The position numbers and the translations under genes were made by a program. This document shows, in pieces, positions 1 to 9,110 of a stretch of 64,000 bases of DNA; within the stretch, counting starts at the first letter, position 1; the number at the start of each line of letters is the position of its first letter. Under the pieces are notes generated by a model. The model was not told the origin of the DNA and ran no database searches. It saw only the letters and a list, made by a program, of their open reading frames with translations. Source of the DNA: an uncultured bacterium (GTDB taxonomy: Bacteria > Zixibacteria > MSB-5A5 > CAIYYT01); NCBI GenBank assembly GCA_903930455.1, contig CAIYYT010000193.1:7762-71761 (forward strand). The letters are read 5' to 3'.

Positions 1-1
1 T

Positions 2-178
2 GGCTATACCTGTTATGTCAACGACGTGAAGTTCGTCATTCTCAGGACGATCTCCGATACCGGTGGCGAGGGAGCCACTGATGATTTTGATGATTACCTC
101 AAGGTTGCTTCGGAGAATTCATTCAAGATCGTCAGCACGATGCTACAGGTGATGTCGTACCGGGATGCGGCAGTGTAG
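2..178 (+). CDS. 3' end of a gene whose start lies upstream of the window; C-terminus resembles 5'-methylthioadenosine/S-adenosylhomocysteine nucleosidase
   Basis: Frame 2 is open from the window edge to TAG at 176-178. The translation ends ...RTISDTGGEGATDDFDDYLKVASENSFKIVSTMLQVMSYRDAAV, which resembles the MtnN/Pfs C-terminus from memory. Confidence 0.45.
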   Translation, partial: GYTCYVNDVKFVILRTISDTGGEGATDDFDDYLKVASENSFKIVSTMLQVMSYRDAAV

Positions 179-318
179 GCAAGGAAGACAGCTTCGATTC
201 TCATCTGTAGCTCAAGCCGACTTGCGGCTTGACACGATATTGACAAGCGTCGAATGCGCTTGACCTACCAGACTATGCGTAAATTCAGTGTGTGGGAACA
301 ATATGAGCGCGGTTGCCG

Positions 319-1056
319 CTAGAGACTCATCTTGAAGATAAGATAGCTTCTTTCGACGTACGGATTTACAACAAATGTGGCCGCAACCGGTAATGAGAAT
401 TTCTCGGTGATCGCGATTGTCTTTGATGCAGTTACCCCAACATTCAGCACGGCAATTTCATCCTTGGTGATGCCGTACCAGCTACACTTCCCCTTGGTAC
501 CGCCCATGAAGAGATTCAGCGAAACATCGTTCAGGGTGATCGGGTAGCCGAGTTCGAGATAGGGTGCGTGGTCACCATCGTTGTAGACATTGGCGGCAAA
601 GAGCGCCGTGATCGGAAATTTGTCGGGACCGGCGTAAGCCAGACCAGCTTCGATAGTGTGCGAACCGGTGCTATCATTGCTGAAATCGAAGAACTTGGTG
701 TCGAGGTAAGGGAACGTGTAATCGGTCACCAAAGGCTTGAACGTACCGGCCTTGGTTGGAATGGTATAGGAAGCGAAAATGTCGATTTCATCATAGTTGG
801 ACGATTCATAGGCGAGAGCATAGGAACCCCAAAGTCCGATGTTGAATCCCCCCAATGAATATGACAGGGTCGGCTGGATGCTGACAGAGTTTCCGAAATC
901 GAAACCGCGCCAGATATAACGGCTGACCAGATCGGCATTAACTCCGACAGATCCGTATTTGCTAACGGCGTCTTGTGCCCATACGGTGGTCGAAAACTGA
1001 GTCACCGGCAGAATTACGAGAAGCACCAGCAAGGCTATCTTTATGCGACATCTCAT
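319..1056 (-). CDS. Gcw_chp/TorF-family putative outer-membrane porin, downstream of and co-oriented with amt
   Basis: Signal peptide MRCRIKIALLVLLVILPVTQFSTTVWA. YIWRGFDFG motif near the N-terminus and a beta-rich alternating pattern. This family commonly neighbours amt. Confidence 0.55.
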   Translation of the reverse strand: MRCRIKIALLVLLVILPVTQFSTTVWAQDAVSKYGSVGVNADLVSRYIWRGFDFGNSVSIQPTLSYSLGGFNIGLWGSYALAYESSNYDEIDIFASYTIPTKAGTFKPLVTDYTFPYLDTKFFDFSNDSTGSHTIEAGLAYAGPDKFPITALFAANVYNDGDHAPYLELGYPITLNDVSLNLFMGGTKGKCSWYGITKDEIAVLNVGVTASKTIAITEKFSLPVAATFVVNPYVERSYLIFKMSL

Positions 1057-1226
1057 AGAGTTATTCTCCTCGGAGCTTTGGTTCTCCCATAGGGGACTAT
1101 CTCAAGCTACACAGTCAAGAACGAACGACAACCTTGTGCCGGAGAGGGCACGGATGAAGTGTAAGTTTCGGATGCGAGGCGCATCACGGCTTCTATCCCT
1201 CCCGGCACAGGTTGCCTTTTGATATG

Positions 1227-2444
1227 CTAAATTCCTTCGTAAGCGGTCTCGCCGTGCAATGACTTGTCGAGACCATCCTCTTCCTCTCCTTCGCTCGTGC
1301 GAACGCGAGTGATTTTGTTGATTACCCAGAGCATGCCGAACGTGAACGTGAAGGCATAGATCGACGAAACCACAATCGCTATGAGCTGAGTAACAAAGAA
1401 GCTGCTGTTACCGGCAAACAGACCGTCAGCGCCGGCAGCATTGACCGCCTTAGTGGCCATCAACCCGAGGAGAATCACTCCCAGCGCTCCGCCAACGCCG
1501 TGGACGCCCCAGACGTCCAGAGCATCATCCCACTTCAGACGATTCTTGAGATTGACGGCGAAGTAGCAGACGATTCCGGCGAGAATCCCGATGATGGCAG
1601 CAGAGGTCGGAGTAACATAACCCGCGCAGGGGGTGATGGTCGCCAATCCGGCCACGGCTCCGGTGAGTAGGCCAAGGAACTTCGGCTTCTTCTCAATGAT
1701 CCAAGCCAAGAGCATCCAAACCGGTCCGGCGAAAGATGCCGCGATATCAGTATTCAGAAATGCCAAGCCGGTCACTGCATCAACTCTCAGTTCGCTGCCG
1801 GCGTTAAATCCATACCAGCCAAACCAGAGCAAGCCGGTGCCAAGCGCCACCAACGGAATGCTGTGGGGAATGCTGTCGCCGACTTTTCGTCGCCCAACAT
1901 AGAGCACCGATGCCAGCGCCGCCATGCCGGCGATGTTGTGGACTACGATACCCCCCGCAAAATCGAGCACACCCATTTTGGCAAGCAGGCCGTTCCCCCA
2001 AACCATGTGGACAAACGGGAAGTATACAAACACCAACCATCCGACAAGGAACATCAGGTAGGCTCCGAACTTAACGCGGTTGGAAAATGCACCAGTGATC
2101 AGAGCAGGGGTGATGATGGCAAACATCATTTGGTATGCCATAAACACAAACTCGGGAATGTTGCCGCTGCCGAAAGGGGAGACCGTGTTCAAGGTAACAC
2201 CGATCATGAAGGCCTTGTCGAGGTTGCCGATAATGCCCCCTTCACCGCCGGAAAAGCAGAGCGAATAACCAACCGCCCACCAGACGATGGTCGTGACCCC
2301 CATGGACACGAAACTCTGGATCATGATGGTCAGCACATTCTTGCGTCCCACCAGTCCGCCATAGAAAAACGCCAGTCCGGGTGTCATCAACATCACCAAA
2401 CTGGTCGCTACGAGCATAAAACCGGTATTGCCTGTATCGAACAC
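1227..2444 (-). CDS. amt: ammonium transporter (Amt family)
   Basis: 405 aa with about 11 TM helices. Start MFDTGNTGFMLVATSLVMLMTPGLAFFYGG and other conserved Amt stretches. Confidence 0.9.
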   Translation of the reverse strand: MFDTGNTGFMLVATSLVMLMTPGLAFFYGGLVGRKNVLTIMIQSFVSMGVTTIVWWAVGYSLCFSGGEGGIIGNLDKAFMIGVTLNTVSPFGSGNIPEFVFMAYQMMFAIITPALITGAFSNRVKFGAYLMFLVGWLVFVYFPFVHMVWGNGLLAKMGVLDFAGGIVVHNIAGMAALASVLYVGRRKVGDSIPHSIPLVALGTGLLWFGWYGFNAGSELRVDAVTGLAFLNTDIAASFAGPVWMLLAWIIEKKPKFLGLLTGAVAGLATITPCAGYVTPTSAAIIGILAGIVCYFAVNLKNRLKWDDALDVWGVHGVGGALGVILLGLMATKAVNAAGADGLFAGNSSFFVTQLIAIVVSSIYAFTFTFGMLWVINKITRVRTSEGEEEDGLDKSLHGETAYEGI

Positions 2445-2569
2445 GAAATCCTCCTATAAGGTACTCTTAGACAAGGGCAGAATACCCAGCCAGAATATTC
2501 GATCAATCAGGCATATCCTGATTTTGGACTTCGTAATCCCTTACTGCGGCATTTGCTCGCCCCCGGGGA

Positions 2570-3784
2570 TTGTGCTATACTTGCTGCGTGAGAGATGAGA
2601 TTCTTCATAAGCTCGGCGAACGTGTCAAAGAGCTGACCGCATTGCACCGCACGGCGCGTTTGCTTCAGGACAGCCAACGTCCTGCCGCTGATGTCATCCG
2701 CGACGTTGTCGGATTGTTGCCGGATGCCTGGCAATATCCTGAGATCACGGCAGCGCGAATCCAATTTGGACCGTACAACGTCACGACCCCCAACTATGTG
2801 GTAACGCCCTGGGTACAGTCGGTGATATTCACCACCGGCAGCGGCGACAACGGCTGTATTGAAGTGTGTTATCTTGAGCAGATGCCAGAGGAGACTGAAG
2901 GACCATTCCTCTCGGAAGAACGCGACTTGATCAAATCGCTAGCGGAGATGCTGCGGTCGTACTTCCAGCACCTGCTTGCCGATGATGCCCTCCGCGAGGC
3001 ACACGATAACCTTGAGCAACAAGTGCGCGAGCGCACAGCGGCCCTGAGTGCCTCCAACGAAGCATTGCAGGAACAAATCGCTGAACAGATGAGAGCGCGG
3101 CAACAGATCACCGCTTTTCAGGAGCAACTCCGCAAACTGAATTCCGAACTATCGCTGGCTGAAGCCCGTGAGCGGCGCGCAATCGCCTCGGATTTGCACG
3201 ATCATATCGGCCAGGCGCTGGCCTTTGTCCGGATGCGCGTGAGCGAATTCAGGGGCAATGCCGTCTTCTGTGGTTTTGAGGAAGGGATTGATGAAATCGT
3301 GATGCTGCTTGACAAGACCATTCAGTACACTCGCAGTCTGACGTTCGAAATCAGCCCCCCGATTCTCTATGAGCTCGGCCTGATGGCCGCAATCGAGTGG
3401 CTGGCGGAGCACTTCGAAAGCAAGTATGGCTTCAAAGTGAAAGTGGTTTCGGACGGCAAATCGGTCACGCTACGAGAAGAGGTGCAGATTGTGCTGTTCA
3501 AATGCGTAAACGAGCTTCTGATGAACGTGGCCAAACACGCACAGGCGAAGCGGGTGATCGTGACTGTCTCTTGTAGTAAAGCGAGTTTTCGCATCACCGT
3601 CGCAGACGACGGCAAAGGGTTCGACATAGCGATGCTGGAATCAGCATCTACTACATCGAATACCTTCGGCCTGTTCAGCGTCAGAGAGCGATTGAAATAT
3701 CTCGACGGCAAATTCGAGATTTCCTCGACAGTGGGGAAAGGGACTACGGCAACTCTGGAGGCGCATTGTGAGCACGCACGATAA
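2570..3784 (+). CDS. sensor histidine kinase, HisKA_3-type dimerisation domain plus HATPase_c, with an N-terminal cytoplasmic sensor region
   Basis: H-box SDLHDHIGQALAFV. Coiled-coil linker and a C-terminal ATPase region (KHAQAKRV...DDGKGF...GKGT). No TM segments. Start may instead be GTG at 2588. Confidence 0.75.
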   Translation: MCYTCCVRDEILHKLGERVKELTALHRTARLLQDSQRPAADVIRDVVGLLPDAWQYPEITAARIQFGPYNVTTPNYVVTPWVQSVIFTTGSGDNGCIEVCYLEQMPEETEGPFLSEERDLIKSLAEMLRSYFQHLLADDALREAHDNLEQQVRERTAALSASNEALQEQIAEQMRARQQITAFQEQLRKLNSELSLAEARERRAIASDLHDHIGQALAFVRMRVSEFRGNAVFCGFEEGIDEIVMLLDKTIQYTRSLTFEISPPILYELGLMAAIEWLAEHFESKYGFKVKVVSDGKSVTLREEVQIVLFKCVNELLMNVAKHAQAKRVIVTVSCSKASFRITVADDGKGFDIAMLESASTTSNTFGLFSVRERLKYLDGKFEISSTVGKGTTATLEAHCEHAR

Positions 3785-4439
3785 GTCAGTCATCACGCGC
3801 ATTCTGCTGGTTGACGATCACCGGCTGTTCCGCAGCGGGCTAAATTCGTTGTTGGCCAGGCAGCCAAACATCAAGATCGTTGGTGAGGCCGAAGACGGTG
3901 TGTCCGCTGTCCGCATGGCTTTGGAACTTGCGCCTGACATTGTATTGATGGATATCTCCATGCCCAAGCTGAACGGTATCGAAGCGACCCGCCAGATTCT
4001 CTCCCAGAACGGGGCGGCCCGCGTGATCGTGTTGTCGATGCATGCCGACCGGCGTTTTGTGATCGAGGCTCTCAAGGCGGGGGCGCGTGGTTATTTGCTG
4101 AAGGATTCGGCGATCGAGGAGGTGCTCAATGCGGTTGGCGCTATCGCGAGCAATCAGGTTTATCTGAGCCGCAGGATCACGAATATTGTGGTGGAGGACT
4201 ATATACTGATGGCAGGAAGCGCCGGTCCCACTGTCTACACCGTGCTCAGCGCTCGCGAACGCGAAGTTCTACAATTAGTCGCTGAAGGTAAGAACACGAA
4301 AGAGATCGCCAGCCACCTCAATGTCAGTGTCAAGACCGTCGAGACGCACCGCAAACAGGTTATGGATAAGCTTGGGCTGCACACAATCGCCGAGTTGACG
4401 AAATACGCTATTCGCGAGGGGCTAACCGAGTTGGAATAG
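3768..4439 (+). CDS. response regulator, NarL/LuxR family (REC + HTH_LuxR)
   Basis: ILLVDDH...DIVLMDISMPKLNG receiver motifs and a C-terminal LuxR-type HTH (EREVLQLVAEGKNTKEIASHLNVSVKTVETHR). Overlaps the kinase by 17 nt. Confidence 0.85.
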   Translation: MSTHDKSVITRILLVDDHRLFRSGLNSLLARQPNIKIVGEAEDGVSAVRMALELAPDIVLMDISMPKLNGIEATRQILSQNGAARVIVLSMHADRRFVIEALKAGARGYLLKDSAIEEVLNAVGAIASNQVYLSRRITNIVVEDYILMAGSAGPTVYTVLSAREREVLQLVAEGKNTKEIASHLNVSVKTVETHRKQVMDKLGLHTIAELTKYAIREGLTELE

Positions 4440-4503
4440 GCCCGTTTGCCTCAGATTCTTGAAGTCGCCAGGTTTGCCGCTTAGTTGGACGGCCTTCCAA
4501 TAT

Positions 4504-5241
4504 TCATGTCAGCCCCAGCACTAGAGCCATGATGGAGGAAAGCATATTGAAGAATATGTGAAGCGCGGCTGACGCCCTCCAACTCATACGGTGAGCAGAA
4601 ATGCCAAAGATTATGCCCATGGCTATAATCGTTAGAAAACGGCCGAATGATGCATCCACGATAACATGCTTCAGCGAAAAACACACAGCGGTGATACCGA
4701 TGGCCAGGGGCGGGGACATGACTCGCGTAAGCCGTGATTGCACAAACCCGCGCCATAGAAACTCCTCTCCAATGGGAACATACAGCCCGTTGACGAAGAT
4801 GTACGAGGTGACTTTTAGCACGGGGGCGAACGTGGATAGCCACACAGTGGAATTGCGAAGAGAACTGGTCGACATTGGCAGATGAATCCCCGCCCATATC
4901 AGTCGATCGAGTACAGGGAAAAGCCACATGCTGAGAGCCGTAGCAACGATCCATCCGGTATAGCGCGTGGAGGTTGTGCAATCGCGAAGAGCTTGCCCTA
5001 CGCCAACCAACTCTTCGATCCAGTTGACCCCCAGCAGAAATCCTAGGCCGCCCGCCAGGATTAAGTAGGCGCAGAATAGGGAGAGCATGTCGTTTACCTG
5101 AAGGGTGCCAATGATCGGCGGCCAAAACATCAGATAGTGGCGGCAAACATACTCCACTCCACCAATAAGACTAACGAGAGCGAAGGCTGCACACACATTA
5201 CGGATTGCGGATACTCTGGGAGTGGAGGCAAGTTGTGTCAT
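4504..5241 (-). CDS. CPBP (CAAX) family intramembrane metalloprotease
   Basis: Multi-TM. EEFLWRGF (EExxxR) motif, FSLKHV and HIFFNM His motifs typical of the Abi/CPBP family. Confidence 0.65.
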   Translation of the reverse strand: MTQLASTPRVSAIRNVCAAFALVSLIGGVEYVCRHYLMFWPPIIGTLQVNDMLSLFCAYLILAGGLGFLLGVNWIEELVGVGQALRDCTTSTRYTGWIVATALSMWLFPVLDRLIWAGIHLPMSTSSLRNSTVWLSTFAPVLKVTSYIFVNGLYVPIGEEFLWRGFVQSRLTRVMSPPLAIGITAVCFSLKHVIVDASFGRFLTIIAMGIIFGISAHRMSWRASAALHIFFNMLSSIMALVLGLT

Positions 5242-5252
5242 ATAGTAATATA

Positions 5253-5392
5253 GGCTTCGTAGCTCAAAACCGCTTTGGTCTTGACATCAGTTGTGAGCAT
5301 TACAATTGGAGGTGGGGGGAATCGCACTCCCGCCTTGCGTTGTGGCACAATGAATTTACTGGCATTGCGCCCAAATTGTGACCGTTCTTTTG
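5253..5392. repeat. degenerate copy (R1) of the tmRNA 3' end (T-arm plus acceptor 3' strand, no CCA) with shared flank; direct repeat of R2
   Basis: Contains ggaggtggggggaatcgcactcccgcc. Colinear with 6433-6562 at roughly 85% identity by eye. T-stem is degenerate. Confidence 0.55.
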
Positions 5393-5755
5393 AGCCCAAG
5401 GTGTCCGGATGTGGTCCGACATATATGGACGGTCGTCAGCGGATTTGTTCGAAACTGTGCCCTGCAGACAGGAATACCTCTTCTGCTCGGCTAGCGGTTC
5501 TCGTCCCATCCAGAATTGCCAGCAATTGCCCCTCCTAGCGAGGATCACAATTCTGCCCCCCAAACAAGAAGGCCGTCCGATTCACGCTTCGCTGCAGGCC
5601 ATCGATACAAATGTAACAATTTGTCACTGTCGAGGAAGTACGAATGGAGGCTGCCCGATAAGTGCCGATAGATATAGATATGAAGAGTTAGAATGTGTAA
5701 GCAGGCTGGACCTCCTGACACATTCAATAGCATCAAACTCGAAAGGATTAGAACC

Positions 5756-6298
5756 ATGTCAACTACAGCAATCTCATCAGGCAGTATACTCCATGTGGGT
5801 GAAAGTAATCAAATGGCCCAGATGAAGCAGAATTTCGATGCCTTGGGCAGCGCCTTGCAGTCGGGGAATCTCGATGATGCAAAAAAGGCCTTTGCCCAAT
5901 TGCAGAAGAACGCCCCTGCCCAAAGCGGAAGCAGCAGGAATCCTGTAAGCTCCGAAATGGAAAGCCTCAGTAAGGCACTGAATTCCGGTGACCTCAAAGC
6001 AGCTCAGGAAGCGTACTCCAATATCCAGCAGAAAATGTCACAGGGCCCATCTGCCGGTGCGCCGGCAGGCGGTCGTTCACCTCAAGGCGGTTCCGGCAAC
6101 AGTGAAGCGAAATCGTCGGCTTCGAGCATCGACGTCTATGACAAAATGGATTCAAACAAAGATGGAACGGTTTCCTCACTAGAGAGATTGAGCTATGAGC
6201 TAAAGCATCCCAACGCCTCGACTTCAGCTTCCGCTTCAGCTTCCGACACAACGTCTGAAACCAGCCCGGGGAAAACAGAGGTTGAGACATACGCTTAG
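5756..6298 (+). CDS. hypothetical Ser/Ala-rich protein with a canonical EF-hand loop and an internal repeat
   Basis: DKMDSNKDGTVSSLE fits the EF-hand loop pattern D-x-[DN]-x-D-G-x-[IV]-x-x-x-E. Two copies of a repeat (ALxSGxLxxAxxAF/YxxxQ). Low-complexity C-terminus. Start taken at the internal ATG with AGGA upstream; the longer ORF begins at 5693. Confidence 0.4.
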   Translation: MSTTAISSGSILHVGESNQMAQMKQNFDALGSALQSGNLDDAKKAFAQLQKNAPAQSGSSRNPVSSEMESLSKALNSGDLKAAQEAYSNIQQKMSQGPSAGAPAGGRSPQGGSGNSEAKSSASSIDVYDKMDSNKDGTVSSLERLSYELKHPNASTSASASASDTTSETSPGKTEVETYA

Positions 6299-6432
6299 CG
6301 TCACCAGCTCCAAGAAAAACGAATTCAGATGTTCTGCCACAAGATCTTGACAAAGAGCCACTCCAAACTCAACTGGAGTGGCTTTCTGCATCAATCGACG
6401 TATGAATGTGTTGCAGGTATTAGATTCTGGCA

Positions 6433-6562
6433 AGCTTCGTAGATCAAAACCGCTTCAGTTTTGACATCAATTGTGAGCATTACAATTGGAGGTGGGGGGA
6501 ATCGAACCCCCGACTCGCGTTGTGGGACAAGGAGTTAAGTGGCAGTGTGACCAAATTGTGAC
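6433..6562. repeat. copy (R2) of the tmRNA 3' end (intact T-arm ggggg ttcgatt ccccc plus acceptor 3' strand, no CCA) with shared flank
   Basis: ggaggtggggggaatcgaacccccg is identical to the 3' end of the tmRNA gene at 7591-7615. Flanks align to R1. Confidence 0.6.
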
Positions 6563-7076
6563 ACTTTTCCCAGCCCTGGAATCGCTAGAATGGATTTGCC
6601 GAATCCCCACTGCGCGCCGCGCTTCTTCGCAAATTGGTCAATTTCGGGCGAGAGCGCTGTTGGTAATGCGCTTATCTCTTGAGTACGCCAATCCACCGCT
6701 CCTCTTGCCAGAACTGACCTCGCCCTACTGGAATGCTCTTAGAATCGTAAATCCAAGTATCATGGTAGGCATAGAGATCATGATGCGGCGATCCGCAAAA
6801 CAATAATACGCTCTGCGCCATCGTAGAATTCTGTCGTCGTCATTTCGGGTGCTTCCTCAAAAACGAACGATGAACTCTACGCCTATTTCCAGCGATATCC
6901 GCCTGCACAGTTGGCAATCTTTTGGCATTCAGGCTTCTAATCAACGAGGCTCGCTTCCAGTACTTTAACAACCAGACAGCACCTACTTATGATTACCACC
7001 TTTCTACTATTAAGTGGGGAAAAGAAATTTGACTTCGGTAGTACAAGATGTAAAATTGTAATACTGGGAGGATCCT

Positions 7077-7484
7077 ATGAACAGGAACAAACCATACAAT
7101 GTTCTCCGTTGGACAGCAAGGATCTACGGGACGATTGTTGTAGCATTACTTCTATACCTCGCGATAAGCGAGTATATTGGAAAAGTACAATGGGGAGCAT
7201 CACCGTCGGCATCATTATCTATGATATTAAATGGTATGGTAAAATATTGGTTTATTTTCTTACCATGGTTGATAGCAGGCGTGGGTCTTATTCTCGCCCT
7301 ATGGAAAGAGGGATTAGGCGGAGGAATATCTTTGACAAGTTTTATTATTAGTTTATTTACACTTGGTTTCCCTCGCAATTTAAATGCTGTCATTCCCATA
7401 GCGATCGTTTCCGTTCCCGCGATTCTATACCTGATATATTGGTGGAGGATGCTTCAGTATAATGGAAAGAGCTCGAAGGGGTGA
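7077..7484 (+). CDS. hypothetical small integral membrane protein (about 4 TM) in an AT-rich islet
   Basis: 135 aa with four hydrophobic helices. Base composition is visibly AT-richer than the surroundings. A GC-rich hairpin (aaggggagaagcccctt) lies about 40 nt downstream. Confidence 0.45.
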   Translation: MNRNKPYNVLRWTARIYGTIVVALLLYLAISEYIGKVQWGASPSASLSMILNGMVKYWFIFLPWLIAGVGLILALWKEGLGGGISLTSFIISLFTLGFPRNLNAVIPIAIVSVPAILYLIYWWRMLQYNGKSSKG

Positions 7485-7585
7485 CGAAGACAATCCGGCG
7501 GAAACCTTCAGGTCATATGACCGGAGAAAGGGGAGAAGCCCCTTGACCGCAACCTTTTCATAGGTTCGGTTTTGACACTCAAATA

Positions 7586-7951
7586 TGGTGGAGGTGGGGG
7601 GAATCGAACCCCCGTCCGAAGAAAACGACAACTAATCGTCTACGCGCGTGTTCTTTCATTTATTTCTCGCCTAACGCACCGCCGAAAGACTAAGGCTGGC
7701 GTTAGACCAGCTTCGCTTGTAGTTTCGCTTCTTCATCGCCAAGCCAAACGTTGAAGCTATCCATCATTTGTCGACGCCGGAAACGCGACGCCTGATGGCG
7801 GGCCTCGCGCCCGACGGCTCAACTAGTTTTTGCTAGTTAGGCAGCAATGGCATAGTTGCCAGCTAATTGTTTTGCACCTGTTTAACGAGTCTGGCGCAAA
7901 CTCGGCGCGCAGATTAATCCCCGGTAACCCCGTCGAAACCATATCACCCCC
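7586..7951 (-). ncRNA. ssrA: tmRNA (SsrA)
   Basis: Minus-strand 5' end GGGGGUGAUAUGGUUUCGACGGGG matches the tmRNA 5' consensus. 3' end is GGACGGGGGUUCGAUUCCCCCCACCUCCACCA. Internal tag ORF GCA AAA CAA UUA GCU GGC AAC UAU GCC AUU GCU GCC UAA encodes AKQLAGNYAIAA. Confidence 0.85.
7837..7875 (-). other. tmRNA tag-peptide coding segment (AKQLAGNYAIAA-stop)
   Basis: In-frame GCA resume codon to TAA within the tmRNA. The ...NYAIAA ending is typical of degradation tags. Confidence 0.7.
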
Positions 7952-8169
7952 AAGGATGTTCTGCTGTCGCGGCGCACGAGGACGTACGCCGCGCACATCT
8001 ATAGTATATATCGGAATACTGGCTGTCAAGTTCCGAAAATCGATGCCAAAGGATGCAAGTTTTACACTTATCCGAAATAGCAACCAAAAGGCAAAAAAGA
8101 GTTTGTCATCGGTAATTTGCAGACGTAGATTATGCCTCAAGAAGTGCTATTACCCCGGAGGGCCCGAAC

Positions 8170-8724
8170 ATGAAGACCGTCATTACATTGATATCCTTTT
8201 GTATGTTACTACCGCTTGCCTGTGTCCATGCCGGCAAAGTCAAGACCATAGACGGCAAGCAGATGCCGAAGGATTCGGTGGCGGAATTGCACATATGTGA
8301 GCAGAAGGGCCATCAGCACGCAGACAGCGTCATGTTCGTTTACGCAGTCAGAATTGACACCGTGACGGTCTCACAACTCCTTCACGGGGTCAAGGACAAC
8401 TATGCTTCGGAGGAGAAGCCCAACATGCTGCAGTCGGACTGGGAATTTGACAAGTACGTTCTGGAGTTTGAAGAGGCGCGTCAAATCAGGACAGTCGTGC
8501 TCGCTCCCGGCAAGCACACTTTGACTGTCAAATGCCTAGGCAGCTTCTTGCGGGCGAAGGAAGTCAAAACCTTTTTCACGCAGCCTTTTCAGCTATCAGT
8601 GGATGTCGTGGCAAAGCACGGTTACATTTTCGGCGTCAAGTATGCAGAACCCAATTGGCTGATTACCATCGAAGACAAGACCGCCAAAAAGGTTGCGGCT
8701 TCAATCTCAGTAACCTCCAAGTAG
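8170..8724 (+). CDS. hypothetical lipoprotein
   Basis: Signal peptide with LPLAC lipobox. No recognisable domain. Confidence 0.5.
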   Translation: MKTVITLISFCMLLPLACVHAGKVKTIDGKQMPKDSVAELHICEQKGHQHADSVMFVYAVRIDTVTVSQLLHGVKDNYASEEKPNMLQSDWEFDKYVLEFEEARQIRTVVLAPGKHTLTVKCLGSFLRAKEVKTFFTQPFQLSVDVVAKHGYIFGVKYAEPNWLITIEDKTAKKVAASISVTSK

Positions 8725-8795
8725 ACGAGGTTCCGTTTGTATAAGGACTTCTATTTTGCCATGAACTGATCGGCTCAAAATGCTAAACTTTTTTC

Positions 8796-8823
8796 TTGAC
8801 AACCCGAAACCTTGGGTTATACT
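8796..8823 (+). promoter_or_regulatory. sigma70-like promoter (TTGACA-N16-TATACT)
   Basis: ttgaca at 8796-8801 and tatact at 8818-8823, both near-consensus. Followed by an SD, a short ORF and a terminator. Confidence 0.35.
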
Positions 8824-8898
8824 CCACGTAATTGACTGGAGTTACTTAGTCCGCGGTCGGACTATCACTGGGTACTTTTTTAGAGGAGAGAACCTTAA

Positions 8899-8994
8899 AT
8901 GCGCAATCCACATATGCGATTGACATGCGCGAAAGTGTGTGATATCACTTTTGTCGTAGGGGTCCCGCCTCGGTGCAAGCTACCAGCAAGCTAA
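8899..8994 (+). CDS. candidate 31-aa small ORF (MRNPHMRLTCAKVCDITFVVGVPPRCKLPAS)
   Basis: AGGAGGAG motif about 10 nt upstream of the ATG. Sits between the strong promoter and an intrinsic terminator. Too short to assess compositionally. Confidence 0.2.
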   Translation: MRNPHMRLTCAKVCDITFVVGVPPRCKLPAS

Positions 8995-9020
8995 GCTATT
9001 GGCATTGTTTGGAAATACCG

Positions 9021-9053
9021 AGCCGGACTCCTTAAAGTCCGGCTCTTTTTTTT
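9021..9053 (+). terminator. intrinsic terminator
   Basis: agccggactccttaaagtccggct hairpin followed by a T8 run. Confidence 0.65.
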
Positions 9054-9110
9054 GCTGAGCTGGCACAAGACAGCATTTTTGTTGAGTCAATATAGTAGTA
9101 AGAGATAGAG

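Noticed and set aside
7640-7760. First attempt to place the tmRNA tag ORF in the 3' domain (reading ...DEEAKLQAKLV-stop)
   Set aside because: That frame lies in the pseudoknot-rich 3' domain and gives an atypical tag. The canonical position near the 5' domain gives AKQLAGNYAIAA-stop at 7837-7875, which is far more convincing.
9055-9075. Possible sigma54 promoter (TGGCAC-N5-AGCA) upstream of the ABC exporter operon
   Set aside because: The -12 GC is shifted by one position relative to the TGGCAC-N5-TTGC consensus, so it is not a convincing match.
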